Below, one piece after another: positions 19,884 to 30,899 of a stretch of DNA of 64,000 nucleotides. The stretch lies in NCBI GenBank assembly GCA_029261995.1, contig JAJDAF010000061.1, forward strand, positions 90,219 through 154,218, in the 5' to 3' direction. This stretch comes from Candidatus Zhuqueibacterota bacterium (GTDB lineage Bacteria > Zhuqueibacterota > Zhuqueibacteria > Oceanimicrobiales > Oceanimicrobiaceae). The notes under the pieces were generated by a model, which was given only the letters and a program-made list of their open reading frames with translations, had not been told where the DNA came from and did no database searches. Both the position numbers and the translations under genes were made by a program. The stretch's first letter is position 1; each line of letters opens with the position of its first letter.

Positions 19884-22135
19884 TGAACGCCATGCAAGAA
19901 CCCACTGTCGATTTGGAGTTAGCGAAAGAACATGGCCTGGACGAAACAGAATACCAGAAAATGCTGGATATTCTCGGTCGGATGCCTACCTTCACCGAGC
20001 TTGGTGTTTTTTCCGTCATGTGGTCAGAGCACTGCAGTTATAAGAATTCAATTGCGCTTTTGAAAACTCTTCCGCGCAAGGGCAAGCATCTACTGGTTGA
20101 GGCTGGTGAAGAGAACGCTGGACTCATCGATATCGGCGATGGTCTGGCGGTGGCCTTCAAGATCGAGAGCCACAACCATCCATCCGCGGTTGAGCCCTAT
20201 CAGGGCGCGGCCACGGGCGTTGGTGGCATTCTACGCGACATTTTCAGTATGGGCGCCAGGCCCATCGCGGCATTGAATTCCCTCAGATTCGGTAGTCTGT
20301 CCGACCCAAGAGTCCGCTACCTGTTCGAGGGAGTGGTTAAGGGCATTGCTGACTACGGCAACTGCTTTGGAGTCCCAACTGTGGCCGGGGAGATTTATTT
20401 CGATGAAAGCTACCAGGGAAATCCGCTGGTGAATGCTATGGCGGTCGGCATCGTTAAGCACGACCAAATCGCCACGGCGACAGCCAAAGAAACCGGCGCC
20501 GCGGTCATGCTGGTCGGCTCGAGCACAGGCCGGGACGGGATTCATGGCGCAACCTTCGCATCTGAAGAAATCAGTGAGGCTTCTGAGGAAAAACGCTCTC
20601 AGGTTCAGGTAGGAGACCCTTTTGCCGAGAAACTGCTGCTTGAGGCGTCTCTGGAAATGATCAAGGCAGACCTGCTGATCGGCATTCAGGACATGGGAGC
20701 AGCCGGCATCACGTGCTCAACCACTGAAATGAGCGCGAAGGGGGAGAGCGGCATGGACATCGACCTGGAGCGGGTGCCGATGCGAGAGAAAGGCATGACG
20801 CCTTATGAAGTTTTGCTGTCAGAATCTCAGGAACGCATGCTCGTCGTGGTTAAGCACGGCCGCGAAAACGCCGTTGCGAGCATCTGCGACAAGTGGGACC
20901 TGAACTGCGCCACCATCGGTAGAATCAGCGACCACAACAAAGTTACCATAAAGTGGCACGGCGAAGTCGTTGCGGACATTCCGGCTGACACTCTGGTTCT
21001 GGGCGGAGGAGCCCCGGTCTACCACCGAGAGGCGGTTCGTCCCGACTATCTGAATGCGGCTCGCGCTTTCGATGCGACCACACTGCCCGAACCACGGGAT
21101 CACGCGGAAGTCTTGCGGAACTTACTGGCCTCTCCCAATATCGCCAGTAAAGAGTGGGTCATCCAGCAGTACGACCACATGGTTCGGTCAAATACCATTT
21201 CGTTGCCTGGCTCGGATGCCGCAGTTGTGCGCATCAAAGGCACCAACCGCGCTCTGGCCATGAAAACCGACTGCAACAGCCGATACGTCTATTTGAATCC
21301 GAGAGTGGGTGGCATGATCGCTGTCGCTGAGAGTGCGCGGAATGTTGTGTGCTCCGGCGGCAAGCCGGTCGGCATCACAAATTGCCTGAATTTTGGCAAT
21401 CCTTACAAGCCCGAAATCTATTGGCAGTTCAGGGAGGCGGTAGGCGGAATCGGCACCGCTTGCCTCGCCCTGGGAACGCCGGTCACGGGGGGCAACGTCA
21501 GCTTCTATAACGAGAACCCAGATGGCGCCATCTACCCGACTCCCGTCATAGGCATGCTGGGGGTGGTCGATGATCTGAGTCACGTCACAACTGCTTGGTT
21601 CAAAAGCCCGGGCGATCTTGTCGTGCTATTGGGGCACAACAAAGGCGAGATTGGAGGCAGCGAATACCTTAAGCTTATCCATGGGCAAGTGGCCGGTGAC
21701 TGTCCAACACTGGAACTGGATTTTGAAGGCCGTCTTCAGGCCTGCTGTTTGCAAGCCATCCGGCACGGTATCGTGGCGTCCGCACACGACATATCGGACG
21801 GCGGCCTGGCGGTTGCCCTGGCCGAATGCTGTTTTCTCGGCCCGCGCCAACTGGGAATCAACGCCAGCGTGGCAACTGACCTGCGTGCTGACTTTGTACT
21901 GTTTGGCGAGGATCAGTCACGAATCATCTTGTCGCTCAAGCCCGCAGATCTCGAGACGTTGCAGGCAATTGCTGCAACGCACAACATACCAGTCGCCGAA
22001 CTCGGCGTCGTGACCGAGGACAGTCAACTCATGGTCAACGACTGGCTCAATGTCAGAACTGACGAATTGAAGGACTTACACCACGGTGCTATACGTGCGG
22101 TTATGGATTCAGGGGCGGGTCGTTCTGCGGAATAA
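19883..22135 (+). CDS. purL: Phosphoribosylformylglycinamidine synthase subunit PurL (small form)
   Basis: 750-aa ORF; conserved PurL blocks ([33 protein letters not shown]). Start ATG overlaps the stop of the upstream gene (TGATG). Confidence 0.9.
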   Translation: MNAMQEPTVDLELAKEHGLDETEYQKMLDILGRMPTFTELGVFSVMWSEHCSYKNSIALLKTLPRKGKHLLVEAGEENAGLIDIGDGLAVAFKIESHNHPSAVEPYQGAATGVGGILRDIFSMGARPIAALNSLRFGSLSDPRVRYLFEGVVKGIADYGNCFGVPTVAGEIYFDESYQGNPLVNAMAVGIVKHDQIATATAKETGAAVMLVGSSTGRDGIHGATFASEEISEASEEKRSQVQVGDPFAEKLLLEASLEMIKADLLIGIQDMGAAGITCSTTEMSAKGESGMDIDLERVPMREKGMTPYEVLLSESQERMLVVVKHGRENAVASICDKWDLNCATIGRISDHNKVTIKWHGEVVADIPADTLVLGGGAPVYHREAVRPDYLNAARAFDATTLPEPRDHAEVLRNLLASPNIASKEWVIQQYDHMVRSNTISLPGSDAAVVRIKGTNRALAMKTDCNSRYVYLNPRVGGMIAVAESARNVVCSGGKPVGITNCLNFGNPYKPEIYWQFREAVGGIGTACLALGTPVTGGNVSFYNENPDGAIYPTPVIGMLGVVDDLSHVTTAWFKSPGDLVVLLGHNKGEIGGSEYLKLIHGQVAGDCPTLELDFEGRLQACCLQAIRHGIVASAHDISDGGLAVALAECCFLGPRQLGINASVATDLRADFVLFGEDQSRIILSLKPADLETLQAIAATHNIPVAELGVVTEDSQLMVNDWLNVRTDELKDLHHGAIRAVMDSGAGRSAE

Positions 22136-22192
22136 AAAAATGCATGCAAGTGAATCAGCAACCGAGGTTAATCTTGAGGAAGGAACAGCTAG

Positions 22193-23584
22193 ATGGGAGT
22201 GATTAAGCCAAGCCTGCCAAAAGGCACCCGCGATTTTCTACCAGAGCAGATGTTTCGGCGGCAATTCGTTCTGGAAACCGTGCGCGAGACGTTTGAGCGC
22301 TACGGATACGCTCCGCTGGAAACGCCATCCATAGAGAAGTTGAGCGTCTTGTCAGGAAAGTACGGGGACGAGGGCGAGAACCTGATTTTCAAAGTGCTGC
22401 GCCGCGGCACTGGGCTTGAGAAATTATTACGCGACGAATCTGAGTTTGTCGTCAACGACTTCGGTCAGTTGGTGGATGAGGCACTTCGGTACGACCTGAC
22501 AGTGCCGTTGAGCCGCGTGATTGCCATGCACCAGAATGAGTTGACGTTCCCGTTCAAGCGCTACCAGATTCAGCCCGTCTGGCGCGCTGACCGACCGCAG
22601 AGAGGCCGCTACCGGGAATTCTACCAGTGTGACATCGACACGGTCGGAACACCTTCGATGCTCGCGGACGCCGAAGCGGCTTCGATCGTGTTTGAAGTGC
22701 TTTCTACGCTAGGCTTCCAGAACTTCAAACTAAAACTGAACAACCGCAAACTGCTGAATGGCTTGCTCAACGCCTGCGAAATTGCTGGTTCTCAGGCAAC
22801 GTCCGTGTTCATTGCCATTGACAAAATGGATAAGATAGGGTTGGATGGGGTCAGGAATGAACTCAAGGCATCTGAATTGTCATCAACTCAAATACAAACT
22901 CTGCTCGGGACTCTGGAAATTGAGGGCGACCCTGAATCTGTACTCGTCAAACTCACCGATGACTTCGGAGATCGCGATCCGCAACTACTGACCGGCGTCC
23001 AGGAGTTGCAGGAAATGACGGCATGCATGCTGGAGCTGGGAGTTCCAATCGACGCGTTTTCCATCGACCTGCATTTGGTGCGAGGTTTGGGTTATTACAC
23101 CGGCCCAATTCACGAATCCGTTATCACCGAACCCAACATCGGAAGCCTGACCGGGGGCGGGCGTTACGACCGGCTGATTGGTATGTTCCTCGGCAGAGAC
23201 ATCCCTGCTTGCGGCACGGCTTTCGGAATTGAAAGAATTATTGACGTGATGAGCCAATTGGACTTGTTTCCAAAGCAAACCAATGGTACACAAGTGCTCG
23301 TGACCGCATTCGAGCCTTCGACGCGCGCCGCCAGCCTCTCGTTTGCAGGGGAGTTGCGGAAAGCAGGGCTGCGCGTAGAGACATACTTTGAAGTCTGCAA
23401 GTTGAAGAAACAGTTTACCTACGCACACAAGAAACACATTCCCTTCGTCGCCACAATAGGACCCGATGAGGCATCACGAGGTGTCGCGTCATTCAAAGAT
23501 ATGGAGACGGGAGAGCAGATCGTCGCAGATCCGATGGGTGTGGTGCAGCGGATGGTAGAGAAGCAGGGTGTGGGCAGTAGCTGA
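22193..23584 (+). CDS. hisS: Histidine--tRNA ligase
   Basis: 463-aa ORF; class II aaRS motifs (GTRDFLP, RYQIQPVWRADRPQRGRYREFYQCD) and C-terminal anticodon-binding domain. Confidence 0.9.
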   Translation: MGVIKPSLPKGTRDFLPEQMFRRQFVLETVRETFERYGYAPLETPSIEKLSVLSGKYGDEGENLIFKVLRRGTGLEKLLRDESEFVVNDFGQLVDEALRYDLTVPLSRVIAMHQNELTFPFKRYQIQPVWRADRPQRGRYREFYQCDIDTVGTPSMLADAEAASIVFEVLSTLGFQNFKLKLNNRKLLNGLLNACEIAGSQATSVFIAIDKMDKIGLDGVRNELKASELSSTQIQTLLGTLEIEGDPESVLVKLTDDFGDRDPQLLTGVQELQEMTACMLELGVPIDAFSIDLHLVRGLGYYTGPIHESVITEPNIGSLTGGGRYDRLIGMFLGRDIPACGTAFGIERIIDVMSQLDLFPKQTNGTQVLVTAFEPSTRAASLSFAGELRKAGLRVETYFEVCKLKKQFTYAHKKHIPFVATIGPDEASRGVASFKDMETGEQIVADPMGVVQRMVEKQGVGSS

Positions 23585-23958
23585 CGGAAAGAAAAAAAGG
23601 GACTGGCAGGTGTTCGAAGTAGCAGCGCTCAGATGTTGTTTGCCAGTCCCCGGGGTGCTTGATCTCCTCGAAAGATGCTATGCCGAAGGTGGGAGGTGGA
23701 GATCAAAGTCTTGTTGTCTTTCTGGAAATCCATTTCCTGACAAGCAATCATGAAGTGGGTTTATCTATTTCAAGGATTGCTCAGCCAAAGACATTCCTGT
23801 CCGTTAAAAGAACAATCTACCCATGGCAAGTCTTGTGCCAACTTGGAACACATTTCATAAGTCATGTAAAATCAATGTGCTACACTCCTGCAGTCAAGCG
23901 TTTTCCGTGGAGTTCCCTGATTGAGACTGAAACAGGTGTCTTGAATTGAAACACGGGG

Positions 23959-24300
23959 CTACTTTTCCAGCACAAGGGAATCACGCCTTGCTTTAACGCG
24001 CTCAAGCCGGCCAATCACCTTCGAGATGATCCCTAACCACACTCTCGGTGTGGCGTGCAGTTTGCTGATTGACGAGTCGAGTGCTTCCCCTGCGGGTGTA
24101 TCTGGGCTGTTCAGTGTTACGTCTAATCGTCCGACAGAATCCACCTCACTTGATGTATCCGTAGCGGCAAGCACGATTTGGGTGTAAGTCTCTACGAATT
24201 GCTCCGACGGTAGCTCTTTACGCCCAAGGTCATCTTTTGTGCATGCTGATATGCCGATTGCAAGTGCGACAAGTGCCCAGCCGATGCTTCCAGATTTCAT
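23959..24300 (-). CDS. Hypothetical small lipoprotein
   Basis: 113-aa ORF with signal peptide and lipobox-like LAIGISAC; no recognisable family. Confidence 0.4.
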   Translation of the reverse strand: MKSGSIGWALVALAIGISACTKDDLGRKELPSEQFVETYTQIVLAATDTSSEVDSVGRLDVTLNSPDTPAGEALDSSISKLHATPRVWLGIISKVIGRLERVKARRDSLVLEK

Positions 24301-24371
24301 CGATCTCTTTCTCCTGGATTGTGTAAACGGTAAATGTATGAAAACATTGGAATGCAGTCAATAGAATAACC

Positions 24372-24400
24372 TTGACTTTATTGGGTAGATTTGATATTTT
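24372..24400 (+). promoter_or_regulatory. Candidate sigma-70-type promoter upstream of radA
   Basis: TTGACT (24372-24377), 17-nt spacer, TATTTT (24395-24400), about 37 bp upstream of the radA start. Confidence 0.3.
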
Positions 24401-24436
24401 TGCGTTTGTTCTGAATGACAAGCGAGAGCAGGGGCA

Positions 24437-25810
24437 GTGCCGAAGGCTAAGAAGGAAAAAACTCAGTTTACATGCCAGACCTGCGGACACGTGTCTCTGC
24501 GCTGGATTGGCAGATGCCCGGGGTGCCAGGCATGGAACAGCTTTGTGGAGGAAGTTCAGCCGGCAGCAGGACTCTCACGATCCACAACTCCCATGGGCGC
24601 CGCTATCGTGCCCGTTGAGTTGTCTCAAGTTGTGTTTGAGGACCATCAACGCACAACCACAAACCTAGATGAGCTGAATCGCGTCTTGGGAGGTGGGATT
24701 GTCACAGGCTCCGTCGTCTTGGTTGGCGGCGATCCGGGTGTGGGCAAGTCCACTCTCATGCTTCAAATTGGAGCATCCCTGGCAAGTGCCAGCTACCGCG
24801 TCCTTTATATCACCGGAGAAGAGTCCGTCAGACAGGCGAAACTCCGAGCGGACCGGCTGGGAGTGAGTGCTGATAATTTCTACATATTCGCTGAAACCAA
24901 TCTTAACCAGATTGAAGATGCCATTGAGCAGTTTTCCCCAGCGCTTGTTGTCATCGATTCCATTCAAACCGTCTATCAACCCCAGTTCGAGAGTTCTCCC
25001 GGCTCCATTAGTCAGGTCAGGGAGTGCGCGCTTGCATTGTCGCAACTGGCCAAGCGCAAGAATATTCCCATTCTGATGGTAGGCCACGTCACCAAAGATG
25101 GCTACCTGGCAGGCCCGAAGGTACTCGAACATATGGTGGATGTGCTACTCAACTTTGAGGGAGATGGCCAGCACTTGTATCGCATCCTGCGCGCGGCAAA
25201 AAATCGCTTCGGCTCCACGCGTGAATTCGGTGTCTTTGAAATGAAGCAAGATGGCTTGCACGAGGTCGCAAATCCATCGGCACTTTTTCTGGCGCAGCGC
25301 AAGGAAAATGTCTCCGGCACGACGGTTGTTTGTACTCTGGAAGGCACGCGCCCATTTCTGGTGGAAATCCAAGCCCTTGCGACACCCACAAGCTATGGGA
25401 CACCGCAGCGGACGGCCACGGGGATAGATGGCAAACGCTTGTCTCTGTTGCTGGCGGTGCTCGAAAAGAGAGTGGGATTGCGGCTAAGCGGATCAGATGT
25501 ATTCGTAAATGCCGCAGGCGGAGTCAAGATTGATGAACCCAGCGCAGATTTGGGTATTCTCGTGGCGATCGCATCAAGCCACCATGACAGCGTCGTCGAT
25601 CCGCACGCCGTGATAATTGGTGAGATTGGACTGACTGGTGAAATTCGTGCGGTTCCGCAAGTAGATAAAAGAATTAAAGAAGCTGCCAAACTGGGATTCG
25701 ATAAAATCATCATCCCAAAGCACAACGCGAACGGCGTGGCAAGCTCAAAGTCGATCAAGGTGGTAAAGGTCGAACGTGTTCAAGACGCGCTTGAAGAGGT
25801 CTTCAATTGA
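24437..25810 (+). CDS. radA: DNA repair protein RadA (Sms)
   Basis: 457-aa ORF; N-terminal C4 zinc finger (CQTCGH ... CPGCQAWNS), Walker A GDPGVGKST, C-terminal Lon-protease-like domain. Confidence 0.9.
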   Translation: MPKAKKEKTQFTCQTCGHVSLRWIGRCPGCQAWNSFVEEVQPAAGLSRSTTPMGAAIVPVELSQVVFEDHQRTTTNLDELNRVLGGGIVTGSVVLVGGDPGVGKSTLMLQIGASLASASYRVLYITGEESVRQAKLRADRLGVSADNFYIFAETNLNQIEDAIEQFSPALVVIDSIQTVYQPQFESSPGSISQVRECALALSQLAKRKNIPILMVGHVTKDGYLAGPKVLEHMVDVLLNFEGDGQHLYRILRAAKNRFGSTREFGVFEMKQDGLHEVANPSALFLAQRKENVSGTTVVCTLEGTRPFLVEIQALATPTSYGTPQRTATGIDGKRLSLLLAVLEKRVGLRLSGSDVFVNAAGGVKIDEPSADLGILVAIASSHHDSVVDPHAVIIGEIGLTGEIRAVPQVDKRIKEAAKLGFDKIIIPKHNANGVASSKSIKVVKVERVQDALEEVFN

Positions 25811-26970
25811 ACCGTCTTTTCGAACTTCGTCACACCGACACCCACAGCAAGGCACGCGCCGGAACGCTAACCACGGCTCACGGCAGCATTCAGACGCCGG
25901 TTTTCATGCCCGTGGGAACGCAAGGAACGGTAAAAGCGCTCTCACCCGATGAGTTGGTTGATGTCGGTAGTCAAATCATCCTCGGCAACACTTATCACCT
26001 CTATCTGAGACCAGGCGCTGAAATCGTCGAACGTGCGGGTGGTCTGCAACAGTTCTCTAGCTGGAAGCGCCCGATGCTGACGGATAGTGGCGGCTATCAG
26101 GTATACAGCCTCGCCGACCTCCGGAAAATCAATGATGACGGCGTCGTTTTCCGCTCACACCTGGATGGGTCTTCGCACAGTTTCACGCCAGAATCCACGG
26201 TTGATGTGCAACGGAGTTTGGGCTCGGATATCATGATGGTGCTTGACGAATGCCCGCCTTATCCATGTAGCGAAGCTTACGCTGCCACCGCTGTCGAGCG
26301 GACTACGGCCTGGGCAAAGAGGTGCCTGACACAATTTCACGCATCCCCGGGCAAGTTTGATTTTTCGCAAACCATCTTTGCCATTGTTCAAGGTGGCACC
26401 TTGCCGGCTTTGCGGCGCACCAGTGCGGATGCCTTGGTGCAACTGGACTTCCCAGGATATGCGATTGGTGGTCTGTCGATCGGAGAGCCGAAACCTGCGC
26501 TTTTCGAAATGGTGGACATCTGCACTGATATTCTTCCGCAGGACAAACCCAGATATTTGATGGGCATGGGCAAGCCTGAAGACTTGGTGGAGGGAATCGC
26601 CCGCGGAGTCGATATGTTTGATTGTGTTCTGCCGACCAGGAATGGCCGAAAAGGCCAGGTTTTCTCCTGGAGCGGGACGATGAATCTCAGGAATGCCGGT
26701 TACAAGGAAGATTGGCGCCCGATTGACGAACAGTGTGGCTGCTATGCCTGCCGCAACTTCAGCAGGTCATATATCCGGCATTTGTTCCGGGCTGAAGAGA
26801 TCCTCGGCATGCGGCTCGCCTGCATCCACAATGTGTTTTTCTACCATCAATTGGTCGCTCGCTGTCGGGATGCGATAGAGATGGGCAGCTTCGATGACTG
26901 CCGCAGGGAATTCTATCGCAATTACGAAATTAGAACATCACCGAACCAGATGGCTACTATCTCACTATAA
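25807..26970 (+). CDS. tgt: tRNA-guanine transglycosylase (queuine tRNA-ribosyltransferase)
   Basis: 387-aa ORF; conserved Tgt blocks (TPVFMPVGTQGTVK, LTDSGGYQV) and C-terminal zinc site (CGCYAC ... H). Start overlaps radA stop. Confidence 0.9.
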   Translation: MNRLFELRHTDTHSKARAGTLTTAHGSIQTPVFMPVGTQGTVKALSPDELVDVGSQIILGNTYHLYLRPGAEIVERAGGLQQFSSWKRPMLTDSGGYQVYSLADLRKINDDGVVFRSHLDGSSHSFTPESTVDVQRSLGSDIMMVLDECPPYPCSEAYAATAVERTTAWAKRCLTQFHASPGKFDFSQTIFAIVQGGTLPALRRTSADALVQLDFPGYAIGGLSIGEPKPALFEMVDICTDILPQDKPRYLMGMGKPEDLVEGIARGVDMFDCVLPTRNGRKGQVFSWSGTMNLRNAGYKEDWRPIDEQCGCYACRNFSRSYIRHLFRAEEILGMRLACIHNVFFYHQLVARCRDAIEMGSFDDCRREFYRNYEIRTSPNQMATISL

Positions 26971-26985
26971 ATTAAGGAGGGAGAA

Positions 26986-27291
26986 GTGAACTTTTTCAAC
27001 GTTATGTTGCTTCAGGATGCGCCAGGAGGTGGCTTGGGCATGAGTATGCTGCCGATTGTTCTTATTTTCGCGATTATGTATTTTCTGATTTTTCGACCCC
27101 AGGCTAAGAAGCAGAAGAAGCATCAAGCCATGATCAGCGCTGTGCAAAAAGGCGATCGGGTTGTCACAGCCGGCGGCATCCACGGTACCGTGGCAGGCGT
27201 CAAAGAAAAGGAAAACACGCTCATTGTAAAAATTGACGACAACGTGAAAGTCGAGCTGAGTAGAAGCTCAATCGCAAGGAAGCTTGACTGA
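26986..27291 (+). CDS. yajC: Preprotein translocase subunit YajC
   Basis: 101-aa ORF, single TM then FRPQAKKQKKHQAMISAVQKGDRVVTAGGIHG, the signature YajC region. Confidence 0.85.
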   Translation: MNFFNVMLLQDAPGGGLGMSMLPIVLIFAIMYFLIFRPQAKKQKKHQAMISAVQKGDRVVTAGGIHGTVAGVKEKENTLIVKIDDNVKVELSRSSIARKLD

Positions 27292-27294
27292 TAT

Positions 27295-27825
27295 ATGGCC
27301 TTACTTCGCATCTACAAATACGGGCATCCAATTTTGCGCATGGATGTGAAAAGAATAGCGAGCGTTGACCATGAGATCGAGACGCTTGTTGCTGATATGA
27401 TCGAGACAATGAACGATGCTGACGGCATTGGTTTGGCTGCGCCCCAGGTGGGCAAATCCATTGCTCTTTGCATCGTCAACAACGGTCTCATTGATGATGA
27501 CGCCGAGGCACAAGCGTACATTAATCCGGTGATTCACGAGGCAGGTGAAGAGATTGTGCGATTGGAGGAAGGTTGTTTGAGCATCCCCGACATCCGAGAG
27601 GACGTCGATCGGCCAGAATCCATCCGGGTGAGCTATCTGGATTTGAACGGTGTCGAACACGACGATGAAGTCGGAGGCATGTTGGCGCGTGTCCTGCAGC
27701 ATGAAATTGACCATCTGCACGGCGTTCTTTTTGTTGACCGGATCAGCCCGATGCGCCGAAAGCTACTCTCAAAACGTCTCCGTAAAGTCGCGTCTGAAGG
27801 GAGGGTTGAAACTGAGAACATCTAG
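27295..27825 (+). CDS. def: Peptide deformylase
   Basis: 176-aa ORF; the three PDF motifs GIGLAAPQVG, EGCLSIP, QHEIDHL. Confidence 0.9.
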   Translation: MALLRIYKYGHPILRMDVKRIASVDHEIETLVADMIETMNDADGIGLAAPQVGKSIALCIVNNGLIDDDAEAQAYINPVIHEAGEEIVRLEEGCLSIPDIREDVDRPESIRVSYLDLNGVEHDDEVGGMLARVLQHEIDHLHGVLFVDRISPMRRKLLSKRLRKVASEGRVETENI

Positions 27826-27836
27826 CGGGTGAAGCC

Positions 27837-28775
27837 ATGCGGATAGTATACATGGGAACGCCCGAATTCTCTGCGGTGAGCCTTCAAGCACTTCTTGCAG
27901 CAGGCCACGAGATTGCTGCGGTTGTAACAGTCCCGGACCGGCAGGTCGGCCGCGGTCTGAAAGTGCGGCATTCAGCTGTAAAGCAAACCACCATCGCGAC
28001 CGGAATTCCTGTTCTGCAACCAGCAAACCTTGCAGATGCGCAACTCGTGGAGCAACTTCTAGCGCTCCGTGCGGAGTTGTTCGTGGTTGTTGCTTTTCGG
28101 ATTCTACCTCCGGAAATATTCGAGATTCCACCATTGGGAACGATCAATCTACACTCGTCTCTACTGCCCAAATACCGGGGAGCCGCGCCTATCAATTGGG
28201 CGATTATCAATGGAGAAACAGAGACCGGCGTCTCCACCATCTTCATTCAGCAGGACGTTGACGCAGGCGATCTTATTTTGCAGGAGCGCGTAGATATCTC
28301 ACCAGACGAGACTGCTGGACAACTTCACGACCGGCTGGCCGAGGCCGGCGCAGCATTGCTTGTGGAGACTGTTGCACGAATTCAACGCGGGCAAGCCCCC
28401 GGGCGAAAGCAGGAGGGTGACGTGACAAAGGCCCCAAAGCTCACCAGAGAGTTGGGGAACATACCGTGGGAGAAAGGGAGCTCAGAAATTCGGAATCTTA
28501 TTCGTGGCTTGAATCCCATACCTGGTGCTTACACTTTTTATCAAAACCAGCAACTAAAACTCTTTGAAGCCGCCATACAAGGCCCCATCCCAGCGCATGT
28601 CCTGCCTGGTACGTTGCTGGTCGTCGATACCAGGCGAGGTGAATTGGTGGTCGCCACAGGGCTGGGAGGACTATCGATCCTGTCACTGCAACCAGCAGGC
28701 AAACGCCGTATGTCCACCAAAGATTACCTGCTCGGTAATGCTCTAAAAGAAGGGGACCGTTTTGAGTCAAGCTAG
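27837..28775 (+). CDS. fmt: Methionyl-tRNA formyltransferase
   Basis: 312-aa ORF immediately after def; formyltransferase N-domain (IVYMGTPEF, HSSLLPKYRGAAPINWAIING). Confidence 0.9.
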   Translation: MRIVYMGTPEFSAVSLQALLAAGHEIAAVVTVPDRQVGRGLKVRHSAVKQTTIATGIPVLQPANLADAQLVEQLLALRAELFVVVAFRILPPEIFEIPPLGTINLHSSLLPKYRGAAPINWAIINGETETGVSTIFIQQDVDAGDLILQERVDISPDETAGQLHDRLAEAGAALLVETVARIQRGQAPGRKQEGDVTKAPKLTRELGNIPWEKGSSEIRNLIRGLNPIPGAYTFYQNQQLKLFEAAIQGPIPAHVLPGTLLVVDTRRGELVVATGLGGLSILSLQPAGKRRMSTKDYLLGNALKEGDRFESS

Positions 28776-30099
28776 CGCGAGATACGTCGCAGCGGGTGTA
28801 CTCACCGAGGTCTTTAAGCGCGGTGTTTTCGCTGACAATACTCTGGCGACAGCCCGGAAGCGCCATAAATTGCCGCAGGTGGAGAAAGCATTGCTAAGCG
28901 AACTGGTCCATGGCACCCTGCGCTGGCGCGGCTATCTCGACTGGATTCTTAAGGAATTCTATCGTGGGGATTTCAGCAAATGCCCTGTTAAACTGCGCGT
29001 CATTCTTGAGATGAGTCTGTTTCAGTTGTCTATCGCTGACAAGATTCCTGACTATGCCGCCGTATCATCAGGTGTCGATCTGGCAAAGCGGGCCGGTGGA
29101 GACAAATGGGGTAAACTGGTCAATGCCATTCTCAGAAACTACTTACGGAAGCGAGATGACCTGGTGATGCCCGCGCTGGAAAACGGTCCTGCCGATGAAT
29201 CGATTTCTGTAAGATACAGCCACCCAAAATGGTTGGTTCGCCGCTGGTTGGAGCAGTATGGCATCGAGAACACGGTTAAGTATTGTGAATACAACAACCG
29301 CAGGCCAACCCTTTCGCTGCGGGTCAACACCATGCTCACAACTCCGGATGAGCTTGCCGAAGATTTGAGAAAGATACCTGGTGTCGAAGTTGTCGTATCA
29401 CAGAATTTCGGCGATTTTATGCGTGTCACCGGTTTGACGGACTTGAATACCTGCCCGCTCTTCCGGCAAGGCCATTTCGCCATTCAGGACGAAAGTACTG
29501 CGCTGGCCAGCACCTTGCTGGCTCCTGAACCAGAGGACACGGTACTCGACATGTGTGCCGCGCCTGGTGGCAAGACATGCCATCTGGCCCACCTGATGCA
29601 GGATTCCGGCAGGATCATCGCCGCCGACATCAGCGAATCCCGACTAGCGCGGGTTCAAGAAAATATCGACCGCCTGAGGCTGACATCGATTGAAACGCTG
29701 GTAGCGGATAGCAGTGATGTTGCGCTAACCGGCATCGACAAGATTCTGATTGACGCTCCCTGTTCGGGGCTCGGCGTGTTGGGCCGACGGTCAGATTTGA
29801 GGTGGCATCGGCAACCTGCGGACATCGAAAACATCCGTTTGAGGCAATGGAAAATTTTGGAGAATGCGGGGCGGATTTTACGAAGCGGGGGCTTCCTGGT
29901 TTACAGCACATGCACGCTGGAACCTGAAGAAACCGAGACGTTGGTAGAAGAATTTCTCGATTTGCACCCGGAGTTCTGCAGACTCAACAGAACTTCGCTA
30001 ACCAGTTCCAACTTTGACACCGATAACGGCTACTACAGATCTTTGCCATTCCTGCATCAGATGGATGGCGGTTTCGTTGTGAAATTGAAGAAACTCTGA
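28762..30099 (+). CDS. rsmB: 16S rRNA (cytosine967-C5)-methyltransferase RsmB/Sun
   Basis: 445-aa ORF; NusB-like N-domain and C-terminal SAM MTase with DMCAAPGGKT and PCSGLGV motifs. Confidence 0.85.
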   Translation: MSQASARYVAAGVLTEVFKRGVFADNTLATARKRHKLPQVEKALLSELVHGTLRWRGYLDWILKEFYRGDFSKCPVKLRVILEMSLFQLSIADKIPDYAAVSSGVDLAKRAGGDKWGKLVNAILRNYLRKRDDLVMPALENGPADESISVRYSHPKWLVRRWLEQYGIENTVKYCEYNNRRPTLSLRVNTMLTTPDELAEDLRKIPGVEVVVSQNFGDFMRVTGLTDLNTCPLFRQGHFAIQDESTALASTLLAPEPEDTVLDMCAAPGGKTCHLAHLMQDSGRIIAADISESRLARVQENIDRLRLTSIETLVADSSDVALTGIDKILIDAPCSGLGVLGRRSDLRWHRQPADIENIRLRQWKILENAGRILRSGGFLVYSTCTLEPEETETLVEEFLDLHPEFCRLNRTSLTSSNFDTDNGYYRSLPFLHQMDGGFVVKLKKL

Positions 30100-30124
30100 T
30101 AATCTAGGAGCACAGCTAGCTAGA

Positions 30125-30895
30125 ATGATTGATTTTCGAAAGGCCCTGGCAAAGGCACTGACCCCAAAAGGAGCCATCTGGTTTGGCGGTATTGTTCTCG
30201 GCATGTTTGTCATCCTGCTTATCTTTGACAATTTTCTGATGCCGTGGTACACCAAGCACGGCGAAGCGCTAACAGTTCCCAATACTGTAGCACAGCGCTA
30301 TGAAGACGCGAAGGATTTACTCGAGATTTCCGACCTGGAAGCTGTGAAGGCAGGGGAGAAGAGCGATCCCAATCTTCCTTTTGGCTACGTCGTCGAGCAG
30401 AATCCGAAGGCCAACCGATTGGTCAAGAAAGGAAGGCGCATCTATCTGACGATCAGTGTCGGAGAACGGGAGGTCCTGGTGCCAACTCTTGTCGGCCTCT
30501 CTGAAAACAATGCGGAGGAGAGACTCAAAAGTGTCGGACTCAGACTCGGCGAGGTAGACTACGCCTATGTTCCCGATGAAGTCAACGGCGTCGTGATCGC
30601 GCAGTCCATTGCGCCATCGTCGCTGGTCAAGGCTAGCGTTACGGTGGACATGACCATCAGTCTCGGAGAGCCAACTGGAAATGTCACGGTACCGTCAGTC
30701 CTGAGCAAGACCTTGGATGTCGCAACCCGGCTTGTTCAAAAAGCAGGCCTTAATCTTGGGCGCGTGGACTACATCATCAATGATGGCCTCCTGCCAAGCA
30801 CTGTCATAGACCAATCCATCAACCCAGGGATGGTCGCTGAGCCCGGAGACACTCTCAATGTGGTCGTCACAACGGTCACAGGACAGGAGATGTAA
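30125..30895 (+). CDS. Membrane-anchored PASTA-domain protein (no kinase domain)
   Basis: 256-aa ORF with one N-terminal TM segment and about three PASTA-like repeats (VPTLVGLSENNAEERLKSVGL, VPSVLSKTLDVATRLVQKAGL); no Ser/Thr kinase catalytic motifs. Confidence 0.65.
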   Translation: MIDFRKALAKALTPKGAIWFGGIVLGMFVILLIFDNFLMPWYTKHGEALTVPNTVAQRYEDAKDLLEISDLEAVKAGEKSDPNLPFGYVVEQNPKANRLVKKGRRIYLTISVGEREVLVPTLVGLSENNAEERLKSVGLRLGEVDYAYVPDEVNGVVIAQSIAPSSLVKASVTVDMTISLGEPTGNVTVPSVLSKTLDVATRLVQKAGLNLGRVDYIINDGLLPSTVIDQSINPGMVAEPGDTLNVVVTTVTGQEM

Positions 30896-30899
30896 GCAA

